64,000 nt of DNA from Bythopirellula sp. GTDB lineage: Bacteria; Planctomycetota; Planctomycetia; Pirellulales; Lacipirellulaceae. The notes beneath the pieces were generated by a model that saw nothing but the letters and a program-made list of their open reading frames with translations, ran no database searches and was not told the origin of the DNA. This document shows positions 49,081-57,516 of the stretch, piece by piece; the stretch's first letter is position 1, and the number at the start of each line of letters is the position of its first letter. Location of the stretch: the NCBI GenBank assembly GCA_965216565.1, contig OZ244170.1, positions 1,632,001-1,696,000 on the forward strand, written 5' to 3'. Both the position numbers and the translations under genes were made by a program.

Positions 49081-51144
49081 ATGAGCACAACGCTTAGCGA
49101 ACTTTCAGAGCTTTCCATCAACACGATCCGCACACTGTCGATGGACGGCGTCGAAGCCGCCGGTTGCGGCCATCCCGGGACGCCGATGGCACTGGCCTCG
49201 GTCACATACCAGCTCTGGACGCAATCGCTGCGCTACGACCCCAACGATCCCCACTGGCCGAACCGCGACCGCTATGTGCTTTCATGCGGCCATGCGTCGA
49301 TGCTGATCTATTCCATGCTGCATGTAGCTGGGGTGAAGCACGTCGACAAGAACGGAGCCGTGACAGACGAATTGGCTGTATCGCTACAAGAATTAAAAGA
49401 CTTCCGCCAATGGGGCAGCCGTACGCCCGGCCACCCTGAGTATGGACATACGACTGGCGTGGAGACAACCACTGGGCCCCTGGGACAAGGCTGTGGAAAC
49501 AGTGTCGGGATGGCGATCGCTAGTAAATGGCTCGGTGCTCGCTACAATCGCCCCGGCTACGAGCTCTTCGACTTCAACGTCTACGCACAATGCTCCGACG
49601 GCGATCTCATGGAAGGTGTCGCTTGCGAAGCAGCCTCGCTTGCCGGTCATCTCCAGCTTTCCAACCTGTGTTGGATATACGACGATAATAACATCACTAT
49701 CGAAGGACGAACTAATCTCGCGTTCAGCGAAGACGTCGCCACCCGGTTTGAAGGGTTGGGCTGGAACGTCTTAAGGGTCGAGGATGGCAACGATCTTGAG
49801 GCACTCGCAAAAGCCTACGAAGGTTTCGAGCAATGCAGTGACGCTCCAACCTTGATCATCGTAAGCACGATCATCGGCTATGGAGCACCCAACAAGGCAG
49901 ATACAGCCGGAGCCCACGGTGCCGCACTGGGTGCCCAGGAAGTTCGTTTAACGAAGGCCGCCTATGGCTGGCCCGAAGAGCAAACTTTTTTAGTCCCCGA
50001 CGAGGTGCCAGAGCACTTTTCCAACACACTCGGCCAACGAGGAAAGGCAGCACGAGAAGACTGGCAGTCGCTACTTGAGAAATATTCCTCTGAATTCCCC
50101 GAGCTGGCCGCAGAAGTGAAGTCGATCGTCGCTGGTGATCTGCCCAACAGTTGGGATGCCGACATACCGGAGTTTGAAGCGGATGAAAAAGGCATGGCGA
50201 CCCGGAAGTCTTCTGGACAGGTACTCAACGCGATTGCTTCCCGCGTGCCTTGGCTTATTGGTGGATCGGCCGACTTAGCTCCGTCCACAAATACGCTGCT
50301 TACCTTTGAGGATGTCGGTCACTTTTCCGCTGAGAATTATGCAGGCAGAAACTTTCACTTCGGCATCCGCGAACATGCCATGGCAGCGGCTCTCAACGGC
50401 ATGGCTTTGTGCGGTGTGAGGAGCTACGGCGCGACGTTCTTTGTATTTAGCGATTATCTCCGGCCCTCGATGCGGCTAAGCGCCTTGATGGGAGTCCCGG
50501 CAATTTATGTGTTTACCCACGATTCGATTGGTGTGGGCGAAGATGGCCCAACACATCAACCGGTGGAACAATTGGCGGCCGCCCGGGCGATTCCGGGGCT
50601 CACCGTGATTCGTCCCGGCGATGCCAATGAAACCGCCGCAGCTTGGCGGGCTGCGCTGGAACAAAGCAATGGTCCGACGGCGCTTGTCCTCACACGCCAA
50701 AACTTGCCCACACTTGATCGATCCAAGCTCGCTTCGGCAGATGGGGTCGCCCGCGGAGGCTATGTGATCTCCGACGTCGAGAGCGGCAAGCCACAAGTGA
50801 TCCTGATAGCAACTGGCAGCGAATTGTCGCTCGCGATCGAAGCACAAGAGAAACTTGCCGCCGACGGTGTTGCAACGCGAGTGGTGAGCATGCCTTGTTT
50901 CGAATTATTCGAAGCACAGGACGAGTCGTATCGCAACCAAGTCTTGCTGCCGGAAATCTCAGCCCGGGTCGCCGTGGAGGCTGGTTGCCGACAAGGTTGG
51001 GATCGTTACCTGGGCGTCCATGGCAAATTTGTTGGCGTCGAGGATCGCTTCGGTGCATCGGCCCCTGCTCCCCAAGTGTTTGAAAAACTTGGCATCACCG
51101 CCGATAGCGTCTATCAGGCAGCAAAGTCGTTGGTTAACGGGTAA
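49081..51144 (+). CDS. tkt: Transketolase
   Basis: GHPG, RDRYVLSCGH, TTGPLGQG, SDGDLMEG, GSADL, FGIREH, THDSIGVGEDGPTHQP. Confidence 0.97.
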   Translation: MSTTLSELSELSINTIRTLSMDGVEAAGCGHPGTPMALASVTYQLWTQSLRYDPNDPHWPNRDRYVLSCGHASMLIYSMLHVAGVKHVDKNGAVTDELAVSLQELKDFRQWGSRTPGHPEYGHTTGVETTTGPLGQGCGNSVGMAIASKWLGARYNRPGYELFDFNVYAQCSDGDLMEGVACEAASLAGHLQLSNLCWIYDDNNITIEGRTNLAFSEDVATRFEGLGWNVLRVEDGNDLEALAKAYEGFEQCSDAPTLIIVSTIIGYGAPNKADTAGAHGAALGAQEVRLTKAAYGWPEEQTFLVPDEVPEHFSNTLGQRGKAAREDWQSLLEKYSSEFPELAAEVKSIVAGDLPNSWDADIPEFEADEKGMATRKSSGQVLNAIASRVPWLIGGSADLAPSTNTLLTFEDVGHFSAENYAGRNFHFGIREHAMAAALNGMALCGVRSYGATFFVFSDYLRPSMRLSALMGVPAIYVFTHDSIGVGEDGPTHQPVEQLAAARAIPGLTVIRPGDANETAAAWRAALEQSNGPTALVLTRQNLPTLDRSKLASADGVARGGYVISDVESGKPQVILIATGSELSLAIEAQEKLAADGVATRVVSMPCFELFEAQDESYRNQVLLPEISARVAVEAGCRQGWDRYLGVHGKFVGVEDRFGASAPAPQVFEKLGITADSVYQAAKSLVNG

Positions 51145-51210
51145 GACGGCCTAGGCAGTGATCGTTTCATATCGGTCGACGTGCTACTAAAGATTGAGCC
51201 AAGAGCCGAT

Positions 51211-51918
51211 ATGTCCGAGACCATTCCCATTCCTGGCTTTGCCGATCCGGTGAGTAGCCTGACGCACTTGCTTGGCGCTGCGATCTTTGCAGTTCTTTCT
51301 GTGCCGCTCCTGTGGCGAGCCAGCCATTCTAAGGCAGCCCTGGCGAGCGAGGCCATTTTCTGTATCGGGGCGGTGTCTCTACTGGCCATCAGTGGGATTT
51401 ATCATTCCGTCAATCCAGATGGTGCTGCACGTCAGATACTTCGGCGACTTGATCACGCTGCGATCTTTATCCTAATCGCCGCCTCTTTTACTCCCGCCCA
51501 CATTATTCTCTTCCGCGGCTGGAAACGATGGGGAATTCTCTCCCTGGTTTGGCTGTTTGGACTAGTGGCGATGACTTGGAAAATGATCTACTTTGACGAG
51601 ATGTCTCGTGCGGTCGGGGTCTCTCTGTACCTGATTATGGGCTGGATCGGCACAGGCACTGGAATCTTGTTGTGGCAAAGCTTCGGCTTCCGTTTTATGT
51701 TGCCGATATTCTTGGGAGGCGTGGCGTACTCCATCGGTGCCATTTTACAAAATTTAGGCTGGCCGACGTTGGTGCCCGGTGTATTTCAAGCCCACGAGTT
51801 GTTCCACATCTTGGTACTCATCGCCCTGGGGATCCATTGGGCGTTCAACTACTCCATCGCCGATGGCATGCGAACAGCACCGGTGAAAACGCTAAACGCA
51901 AAGAAGCTCGCGGCTTAG
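51211..51918 (+). CDS. Hemolysin III / PAQR family membrane protein
   Basis: SSLTH, SGIYH, RRLDHAAIFILIA, HELFHILV; about 7 TM helices. Alternative GTG start at 51181. Confidence 0.9.
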   Translation: MSETIPIPGFADPVSSLTHLLGAAIFAVLSVPLLWRASHSKAALASEAIFCIGAVSLLAISGIYHSVNPDGAARQILRRLDHAAIFILIAASFTPAHIILFRGWKRWGILSLVWLFGLVAMTWKMIYFDEMSRAVGVSLYLIMGWIGTGTGILLWQSFGFRFMLPIFLGGVAYSIGAILQNLGWPTLVPGVFQAHELFHILVLIALGIHWAFNYSIADGMRTAPVKTLNAKKLAA

Positions 51919-51989
51919 AATCTCTTAACACCTCTGAGCTAGCCGCGGGTAAGTTGCTCTAAGAGTAGCCAGATTTCATGCTGATGATT

Positions 51990-52115
51990 GCCGCAGAGAT
52001 CACGCCGCAGAGATCACAGAGGAGTGGCTTCTATTCCACAACCTACTTTTATGTTGGCCAATCGCATTCACAGACTCAAGACGCAGATCTCCGCCTCTCA
52101 GCGTGCCCTGCGTTT
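51990..52115. repeat. Degenerate CGCAGAG/CACAGAG inverted-repeat element with 14-bp tandem duplication
   Basis: GCCGCAGAGATCAC x2 (51990-52017) then AGAGG; opposite arm CCTCTCAGCGTGCCCTGCGTTT (52094-115). Confidence 0.5.
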
Positions 52116-52131
52116 ACCAGACCACCACTCC

Positions 52132-52563
52132 CTAGCTACCACCCGAGTTCTGCTCCGTAAATCTCTGCATCGCCTTCAGCGTTGCGGGGCTCACGTGGTG
52201 CTCGATGCCTTCGCTGTCGGTAGCGGCAATAGCGTCGCTCACGCCTAACGCTTTCAGAAAATCGAACACGATCTGGTGCCGTTCGTGGCAGGCCTTGGCC
52301 AAGCGTCGTCCGGCATCGGTGAGTTCCAGCGGGCCGTAAGGATCGGTCTGCACAAAGCCATCGCGTTGCAGACGCCCCACGGTACGGTTGACCGTGACAT
52401 GGGTGACCTGGAACTGCTTCACGAGATCTACCGCCCGGCAGGTACCCTGCTCGTCGATGATCTCGGCAATGGCCTCGACGTAATCCTCAGCCAGTTCGGT
52501 CGCGTGATCCGACCGAGTCCGAGAATGTTGATTTTGCCTCGATTTAGCTGATTTCACGTTCAC
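52132..52563 (-). CDS. mntR: Manganese-dependent transcriptional regulator (short DtxR/MntR type)
   Basis: DHATELAEDYVEAI, HERHQIV, DSEGIEHHVS; no FeoA domain. Confidence 0.9.
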   Translation of the reverse strand: MNVKSAKSRQNQHSRTRSDHATELAEDYVEAIAEIIDEQGTCRAVDLVKQFQVTHVTVNRTVGRLQRDGFVQTDPYGPLELTDAGRRLAKACHERHQIVFDFLKALGVSDAIAATDSEGIEHHVSPATLKAMQRFTEQNSGGS

Positions 52564-52695
52564 TGTCCTTCGCTTCTACCTGCTCGAAACTTATTGTAGC
52601 TACTCCCACAGAATTCGCGAGTTGCACAGTATTCCCGGAATTCTGGCCCCTCAGCAGAGAAGATTCCGCAAAGATCGCTTCAACCCCCTTGCATC

Positions 52696-52741
52696 AATTG
52701 TAGCCACGGCTACAATTAGGTCGAAACTTAGCATCGGCTAA
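52696..52741. promoter_or_regulatory. Two MntR-type operators overlapping a sigma70 promoter
   Basis: AATTGTAGCC-AC-GGCTACAATT (52696-717) and TTAGC-ATCG-GCTAA (52728-741), both TAGC-N4-GCTA; TTGCAT-N16-TACAAT at 52689-52716. Confidence 0.8.
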
Positions 52742-52785
52742 ACCTTGCAGTTCTGTCCACGTCCCCTCGCTATTTCAGAGATTAG

Positions 52786-53850
52786 ATGAAAAAAAATAAC
52801 GGTTTTACCCTAGTTGAACTATTGGTGGTCATCTCGATTATCGGGGTGCTCATTGCGTTGCTCTTGCCAGCGGTGCAGTCGGCCCGGGAAGCGGCTCGAC
52901 GTATGTCGTGCGGAAACAACCTCAAGCAGATGGGACTCGCCATGCAAGGCTACCATGCCGCCATGGGCCGATTCCCCTCGGGTTACGAGTCGCATCCTAC
53001 GAGTGACGGCAACGTGCCTGCGGGAGTTGTGATCGACAGTTCCACTTGGGATGCGGGCCCGGGCTGGGGCTGGGGTGCCCAGATCCTCGACTATGTCGAG
53101 CAAAACACCATTTCCCTAGGCATTCATGCGAAGGAGCCCATCTGGGAGCCAGACCACGCGGCACTGATCGCTGCCTCGCCGCAGTTGTTCCTGTGTCCCT
53201 CAGCCAGCGGCGACCAGCTGCCATTTGCCATTAAGGACGAATCAGGCGAACCGCTCCAGATCGCGGGCAGCGAGATCATTGTAGGTCGCTCCAATTACGT
53301 CGCCAGCCACGGCCAAGAGTCTTGCTGGGGAGAGTGTGGGGCGATGACCACAGGTACCGTGTTCACAGATATTTACACCAAGGAGACTAAGGTCATCGAT
53401 ATCCACGGCGATGTCTCGCTCGTCGCAGATGGACCTTTCTATCGGAATTCTAGAACCTCTATCAAGGAAATTACCGACGGAACTTCCTTCACCATTTTTC
53501 TGGGCGAACACTCTTCGCTTCTGAGTGAGAAAACTTGGGTGGGAGTCGTGCCCGGGTCGTTCACGCATCCAAACTTTACCTCTCCCGAAAATGGTCCCGA
53601 CGCGGCAGCCACCTATGTGCTGGTTCATGCCGGTCCTTCCGGCGGCGAGCTCGACATTACCGGCGAACCAATTATCCATCCCATCAATTTCCCCACCTAC
53701 CACGTCGGCCAAATGTTCTCCGAGCATCCCGGTGGTGGACAGGTTGGCTTTGGTGATGGGTCAACACGTTTTGTCTCAGACAATATCGATCTAATCTTGT
53801 TTGCCGAGCTCTCCAGCATTGCCGAAAGGGAACTGATTGAGGACTTCTAA
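52786..53850 (+). CDS. DUF1559 prepilin-type N-terminal cleavage/methylation domain protein
   Basis: GFTLVELLVVISIIGVLIALLLPAVQSAREAARRMSCGNNLKQ, ITDGTS, HPGGGQVGFGDG (H-X9-DG). Confidence 0.95.
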   Translation: MKKNNGFTLVELLVVISIIGVLIALLLPAVQSAREAARRMSCGNNLKQMGLAMQGYHAAMGRFPSGYESHPTSDGNVPAGVVIDSSTWDAGPGWGWGAQILDYVEQNTISLGIHAKEPIWEPDHAALIAASPQLFLCPSASGDQLPFAIKDESGEPLQIAGSEIIVGRSNYVASHGQESCWGECGAMTTGTVFTDIYTKETKVIDIHGDVSLVADGPFYRNSRTSIKEITDGTSFTIFLGEHSSLLSEKTWVGVVPGSFTHPNFTSPENGPDAAATYVLVHAGPSGGELDITGEPIIHPINFPTYHVGQMFSEHPGGGQVGFGDGSTRFVSDNIDLILFAELSSIAERELIEDF

Positions 53851-54172
53851 ATTGTTACCTGGCAAGATTCACTTCCGATATGCGTCTTATTTCGTGCTTT
53901 CGATGATTTTCATCGGCTGTAGCGATTACCCTGAGTTTAGCTCCAAGGCGTACGATATTTCGTCAGCCCTGTACTCCACATGCCGACGGGAAAACGCAGA
54001 GAATCTCGGTGAGATTTCTGCACTCACGAAGTCTGCGTTGGAAAACTCCGAGATCACGGCTCGTGAAGCAGCCTGGATCGAAGCGATTATTGCTCAGGCC
54101 GAAGCGGGTGACTGGGAAGACGCCGCTGAAGAAGCTCGATCTATTCTCGAAGCCCAGGTCACCGGACGATAG
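53837..54172 (+). CDS. Small helical lipoprotein
   Basis: Lipobox FIGC; overlaps the DUF1559 stop. Confidence 0.7.
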   Translation: MRTSKLLPGKIHFRYASYFVLSMIFIGCSDYPEFSSKAYDISSALYSTCRRENAENLGEISALTKSALENSEITAREAAWIEAIIAQAEAGDWEDAAEEARSILEAQVTGR

Positions 54173-54286
54173 TGCTTGTTCTCTGCCGATTGACTTAGCA
54201 CCGCTTCATCTAAGGGGCAGTACGACTGATCTCCTGCGCCGGATGCGGACTGGCGCGATGTTGCTAGAAGCAGTTTCAATACCAAT

Positions 54287-54363
54287 GAGCCGAACGCGCT
54301 AGCGTCGGGTAGTATCAGAACAACTCCTAGACTTACGCTACCCGCGGCTAGCGCCATCGGCAC
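54287..54363. repeat. REP-like inverted repeat pair
   Basis: GAGCCGAACGCGCTAGCGTCGGGTAG (54287-312) vs reverse complement of 54338-363; 21 of 26 positions match. Confidence 0.65.
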
Positions 54364-54499
54364 ACATAGAACTGTTTTCGGGTTTTTGAAACAGGTTCTA
54401 GTGACTTGCCCCTCAGCTTAACTGCTTGATAATGAGTGGGGAGTCGCTGCGCGTCCTCCGTTAACAAACCCTTATCTATGTGGAAAGCACAGGCACTCG

Positions 54500-56266
54500 A
54501 TGGATAAGTCAGTTCGAATTCAGCCACGGCAAAGAACGCTCGTCCCGCGCCGTACTGCGTACATACTACTTTTAACTGGTGTGTTTGCAGTCTTCGGTCA
54601 TCCACTCGGCCAAGCAGAAGAGATTCTGGACTATCTCCCCGAGGATGCGCTGGGATTTATCGTCGTTCGAGATTTGGGCGAGTCGAGCGAACGAATCCAA
54701 AAATTGGCAATGTCTGCCCGAGTGCCACTCCCCGGACCGCTCGGCTATTTCAAGTACACCTCCGGCATCGCAGCCGGCCTGGATGAAAAGGGCGATCTGC
54801 TGGTGGCTCTGATCCCAGGCTCTCGCGCGAACGATCCTCCGGAGCCTATGGTATTGCTGCCAATCGATAACTACGACGAGTTTTCTGCTAGCGTCAAAGC
54901 CGATCCCAGTGGAAAGGTGAGCAGTGCAAGGATCGCTGATGAAAAAGTTTTGGTTGCCAAGCAGGGATCATTTGCGATGGTGATGAACGAGGAACACCGC
55001 GAATCGTTGGAGCTCATTACTTCTCTTGAACCGAGTCCAATAGAAATCTTGAGTCCCTGGACCGACTGGCTTTTGGAGCAGCATCTAGCGCTTATAGTCA
55101 TGCCTGAGGGGAAGGATTGGCTTCGCGAATCGAGCCAGGATTTCTTTCTCCGGCCCCGCACCAGCTTACCGAAGGGAATCCTGAGGAATCCGGAAATTGC
55201 GGGACTACTTGGCCAAATAAAGCAAGGTTCTCGCGCCTATCAGGCGATCTTTGAAGGCCTCTCTTCAGAGATTGAACTGGCTGGCTATGGACTCGCAATC
55301 GACAAACACGCAAACGTACGCTTCGGCAAGCGCGCCATCCTCAAAAGTGATTTCCACCTGGAAACACAAACTAAAGCCGAGGAACAATTACTTGGCTTCG
55401 CCGATCAGCCATTTATGTTCGCAGGTGGATCAGCAATACCTAAAGGCGCTCTCGAAAAGTTGATTCGCGGCTACTTCCGCGTCCAACAGCAGGCTCCTGA
55501 TCTTTGGGATCTAGAAGATTTGCCAGCCGACCAATGGCAAGCCCACGAAGATGCCACAGTAGACGTTGCTGGACGTATCGAGTCCGTTCGATTCTTGGTG
55601 CTACCTGGAAAGGAGGACGAGCCGTTACTTAGCAATTTCCTGGGGATCCTCCAAGTCAGCGACTCAGCCGACTTCTTAGAGTCCTACGAGAAGCAAGTTG
55701 AAGTCCGCAACCAGATCCTGGCACAAAGCAATAGCGACATATCGCTCCAGTACGAAGTCAGCAAAACCACAGTCGAAGAGCGATCGGCACTTGCCGAGAC
55801 TTTGGATGTCGCCACAGCCGTGGCAGATCCAGATGTCCCGATTCTGAATTGGATGATTGAGGCTATGCTGGGGGAAGACGGCAAGTTGGATATTTATTGG
55901 GTTGCAGCAGATCAAAACCACGTAGTATTCGGAATATCCGACCGGGAAGATATCGTGAACTTATTGAAGCTCACGAAGTCCTCAGAAACGGGTTTGCATG
56001 CGTCGCAGCAACTAGCAACTACTCGCGACCTAATGCCTGGCAAGTCGGTTGGTCAGGGGTTCGTCAGCCCGCATGGCTGTGCTTTATGGGTGAATCGTGT
56101 ATTCGATGAATTGATTGAACCGGTATTCGGTCATCCTGGACCCGAATTCACACTATCCGATTCGCCACCGATTGGCTTCAGTCTGGAGTTTCCCAAGCAC
56201 CAGATCAACGCAGAGATCGTGTGGCCGGTAGAGTTGACGAAGTCGCTCGTGAAAAAGTCTGACTAG
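54500..56266 (+). CDS. Secreted hypothetical protein
   Basis: 588-aa ORF with signal peptide and LDYLPEDALGFIVV start of the mature domain; no catalytic motif recognised. Confidence 0.7.
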   Translation: MDKSVRIQPRQRTLVPRRTAYILLLTGVFAVFGHPLGQAEEILDYLPEDALGFIVVRDLGESSERIQKLAMSARVPLPGPLGYFKYTSGIAAGLDEKGDLLVALIPGSRANDPPEPMVLLPIDNYDEFSASVKADPSGKVSSARIADEKVLVAKQGSFAMVMNEEHRESLELITSLEPSPIEILSPWTDWLLEQHLALIVMPEGKDWLRESSQDFFLRPRTSLPKGILRNPEIAGLLGQIKQGSRAYQAIFEGLSSEIELAGYGLAIDKHANVRFGKRAILKSDFHLETQTKAEEQLLGFADQPFMFAGGSAIPKGALEKLIRGYFRVQQQAPDLWDLEDLPADQWQAHEDATVDVAGRIESVRFLVLPGKEDEPLLSNFLGILQVSDSADFLESYEKQVEVRNQILAQSNSDISLQYEVSKTTVEERSALAETLDVATAVADPDVPILNWMIEAMLGEDGKLDIYWVAADQNHVVFGISDREDIVNLLKLTKSSETGLHASQQLATTRDLMPGKSVGQGFVSPHGCALWVNRVFDELIEPVFGHPGPEFTLSDSPPIGFSLEFPKHQINAEIVWPVELTKSLVKKSD

Positions 56267-56314
56267 CTCGTCGATCCTCGCGTCTTCTAGTTGCTTTAGC
56301 ATTAACCCCAGCGA

Positions 56315-57496
56315 TCAACATCGGAGCCCTTGGAGCCAAACTCCTATCGGGGCATCCTCACCGTGAACGATCTCCTGACAGGGGTCCTGAGAATTGCAAG
56401 CTAGAGCAGTGAAATTTGCAATCTTACCGGGCGAAATGCTACCCGTCTGGTTTCCGCGACCCAGCGCCTTTGCCCCCGAGAGGGTCGCCATACGGACAAT
56501 TTGCTCCGGCGGCACTCTAAGACGATCAGCTACGAATTGCATTTCTCCTAAAAGAGACAAGTCAGGATTGGAAGCGCGACTATCCGTCCCTAAGGCCACA
56601 TGCACTCCAGCGGCAAGTAGTTTTGTGAGTGGATACGCTTCATGTTCGAAGTAGGCATGTGTTCGGGGACAGTACACCAGCGACATTCGATCGGAGTTTG
56701 CAGCAAGAAACGTCAGCTCTTCGTCGCTGAGATAGTTGCCATGGATTACCAGGGCTCGTGAGGCTCGGCTCAACGCCTGCAAATAGCCGAGCGGCTTTGT
56801 CCCTCGAGAGATCGCTTTATCATCCCACATGCTGCGTTCTTCCAACAGTTCGTAGAAGCCGCCTGTGCCTTGTTCGAGAAGCTCCAGCTCTTGCTGTGAT
56901 TCTGCCAAGTGCATGGCCATGGGTAATTTTCTACGCGCTGCTTCGTCAATCAATTTATCCAACAGCTGCGGATGCACTGTGTACGGGGCATGCGGACTGA
57001 CTCCCGCTGAACCAGATTTTTCTATGCGTTCCAGCGCTTCTGCAAAAGCCGAGTCGACTCGTCCTGAAGAAAAACCAATGACCTCTTGGAAATCAAGGAT
57101 CTCCGGGACATCTTGCGGTGCGTGACTAACAGAAGTTGCGATGTTGCCAATTAGCGTGACGCCCCAGCGCAGACTCTCCTGCAAACCCTTTAGAATATTC
57201 TGTGCTACGTTCTTCGAGCTCTGCTTGCGCTCGTTGATAACCAGTCGAATCCAGTCTGGGAGCGGCATCCCTGGTCGGCCTAAAGGACTTTCGAGATCGC
57301 TGAACTCCAGGTGCGTGTGGGCATTCACTAAGCCTGGCAACAATGCCACGTCGCCCAGGTCTTCAATCGGACCGGTTGCAATGGCATTGTCATTCACTGC
57401 GACGATCAAACCGTTTTCGATCGTCACCACGCCGCCAGAAATGGGCTGGCCCTCGACAGGCACCACCCAGCGGGCTTTCAGGCTGAATCTATCCAT
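56315..57496 (-). CDS. Amidohydrolase, probable aminodeoxyfutalosine deaminase
   Basis: VNAHTHLE, SPHAPYT, MHLAES, LGTDS; same-strand run with mqnA/mqnC. Confidence 0.75.
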   Translation of the reverse strand: MDRFSLKARWVVPVEGQPISGGVVTIENGLIVAVNDNAIATGPIEDLGDVALLPGLVNAHTHLEFSDLESPLGRPGMPLPDWIRLVINERKQSSKNVAQNILKGLQESLRWGVTLIGNIATSVSHAPQDVPEILDFQEVIGFSSGRVDSAFAEALERIEKSGSAGVSPHAPYTVHPQLLDKLIDEAARRKLPMAMHLAESQQELELLEQGTGGFYELLEERSMWDDKAISRGTKPLGYLQALSRASRALVIHGNYLSDEELTFLAANSDRMSLVYCPRTHAYFEHEAYPLTKLLAAGVHVALGTDSRASNPDLSLLGEMQFVADRLRVPPEQIVRMATLSGAKALGRGNQTGSISPGKIANFTALACNSQDPCQEIVHGEDAPIGVWLQGLRC

Positions 57497-57516
57497 GATG
57501 CAACCTCACTCTATCG

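Noticed and set aside
51211..51918. Hemolytic toxin
   Set aside because: Hemolysin III/PAQR is a widespread membrane family; nothing here indicates a virulence role.
52564..52785. yybP-ykoY manganese riboswitch
   Set aside because: The leader after the promoter is short and I see no four-way-junction motif; the palindromes fit DNA operators.
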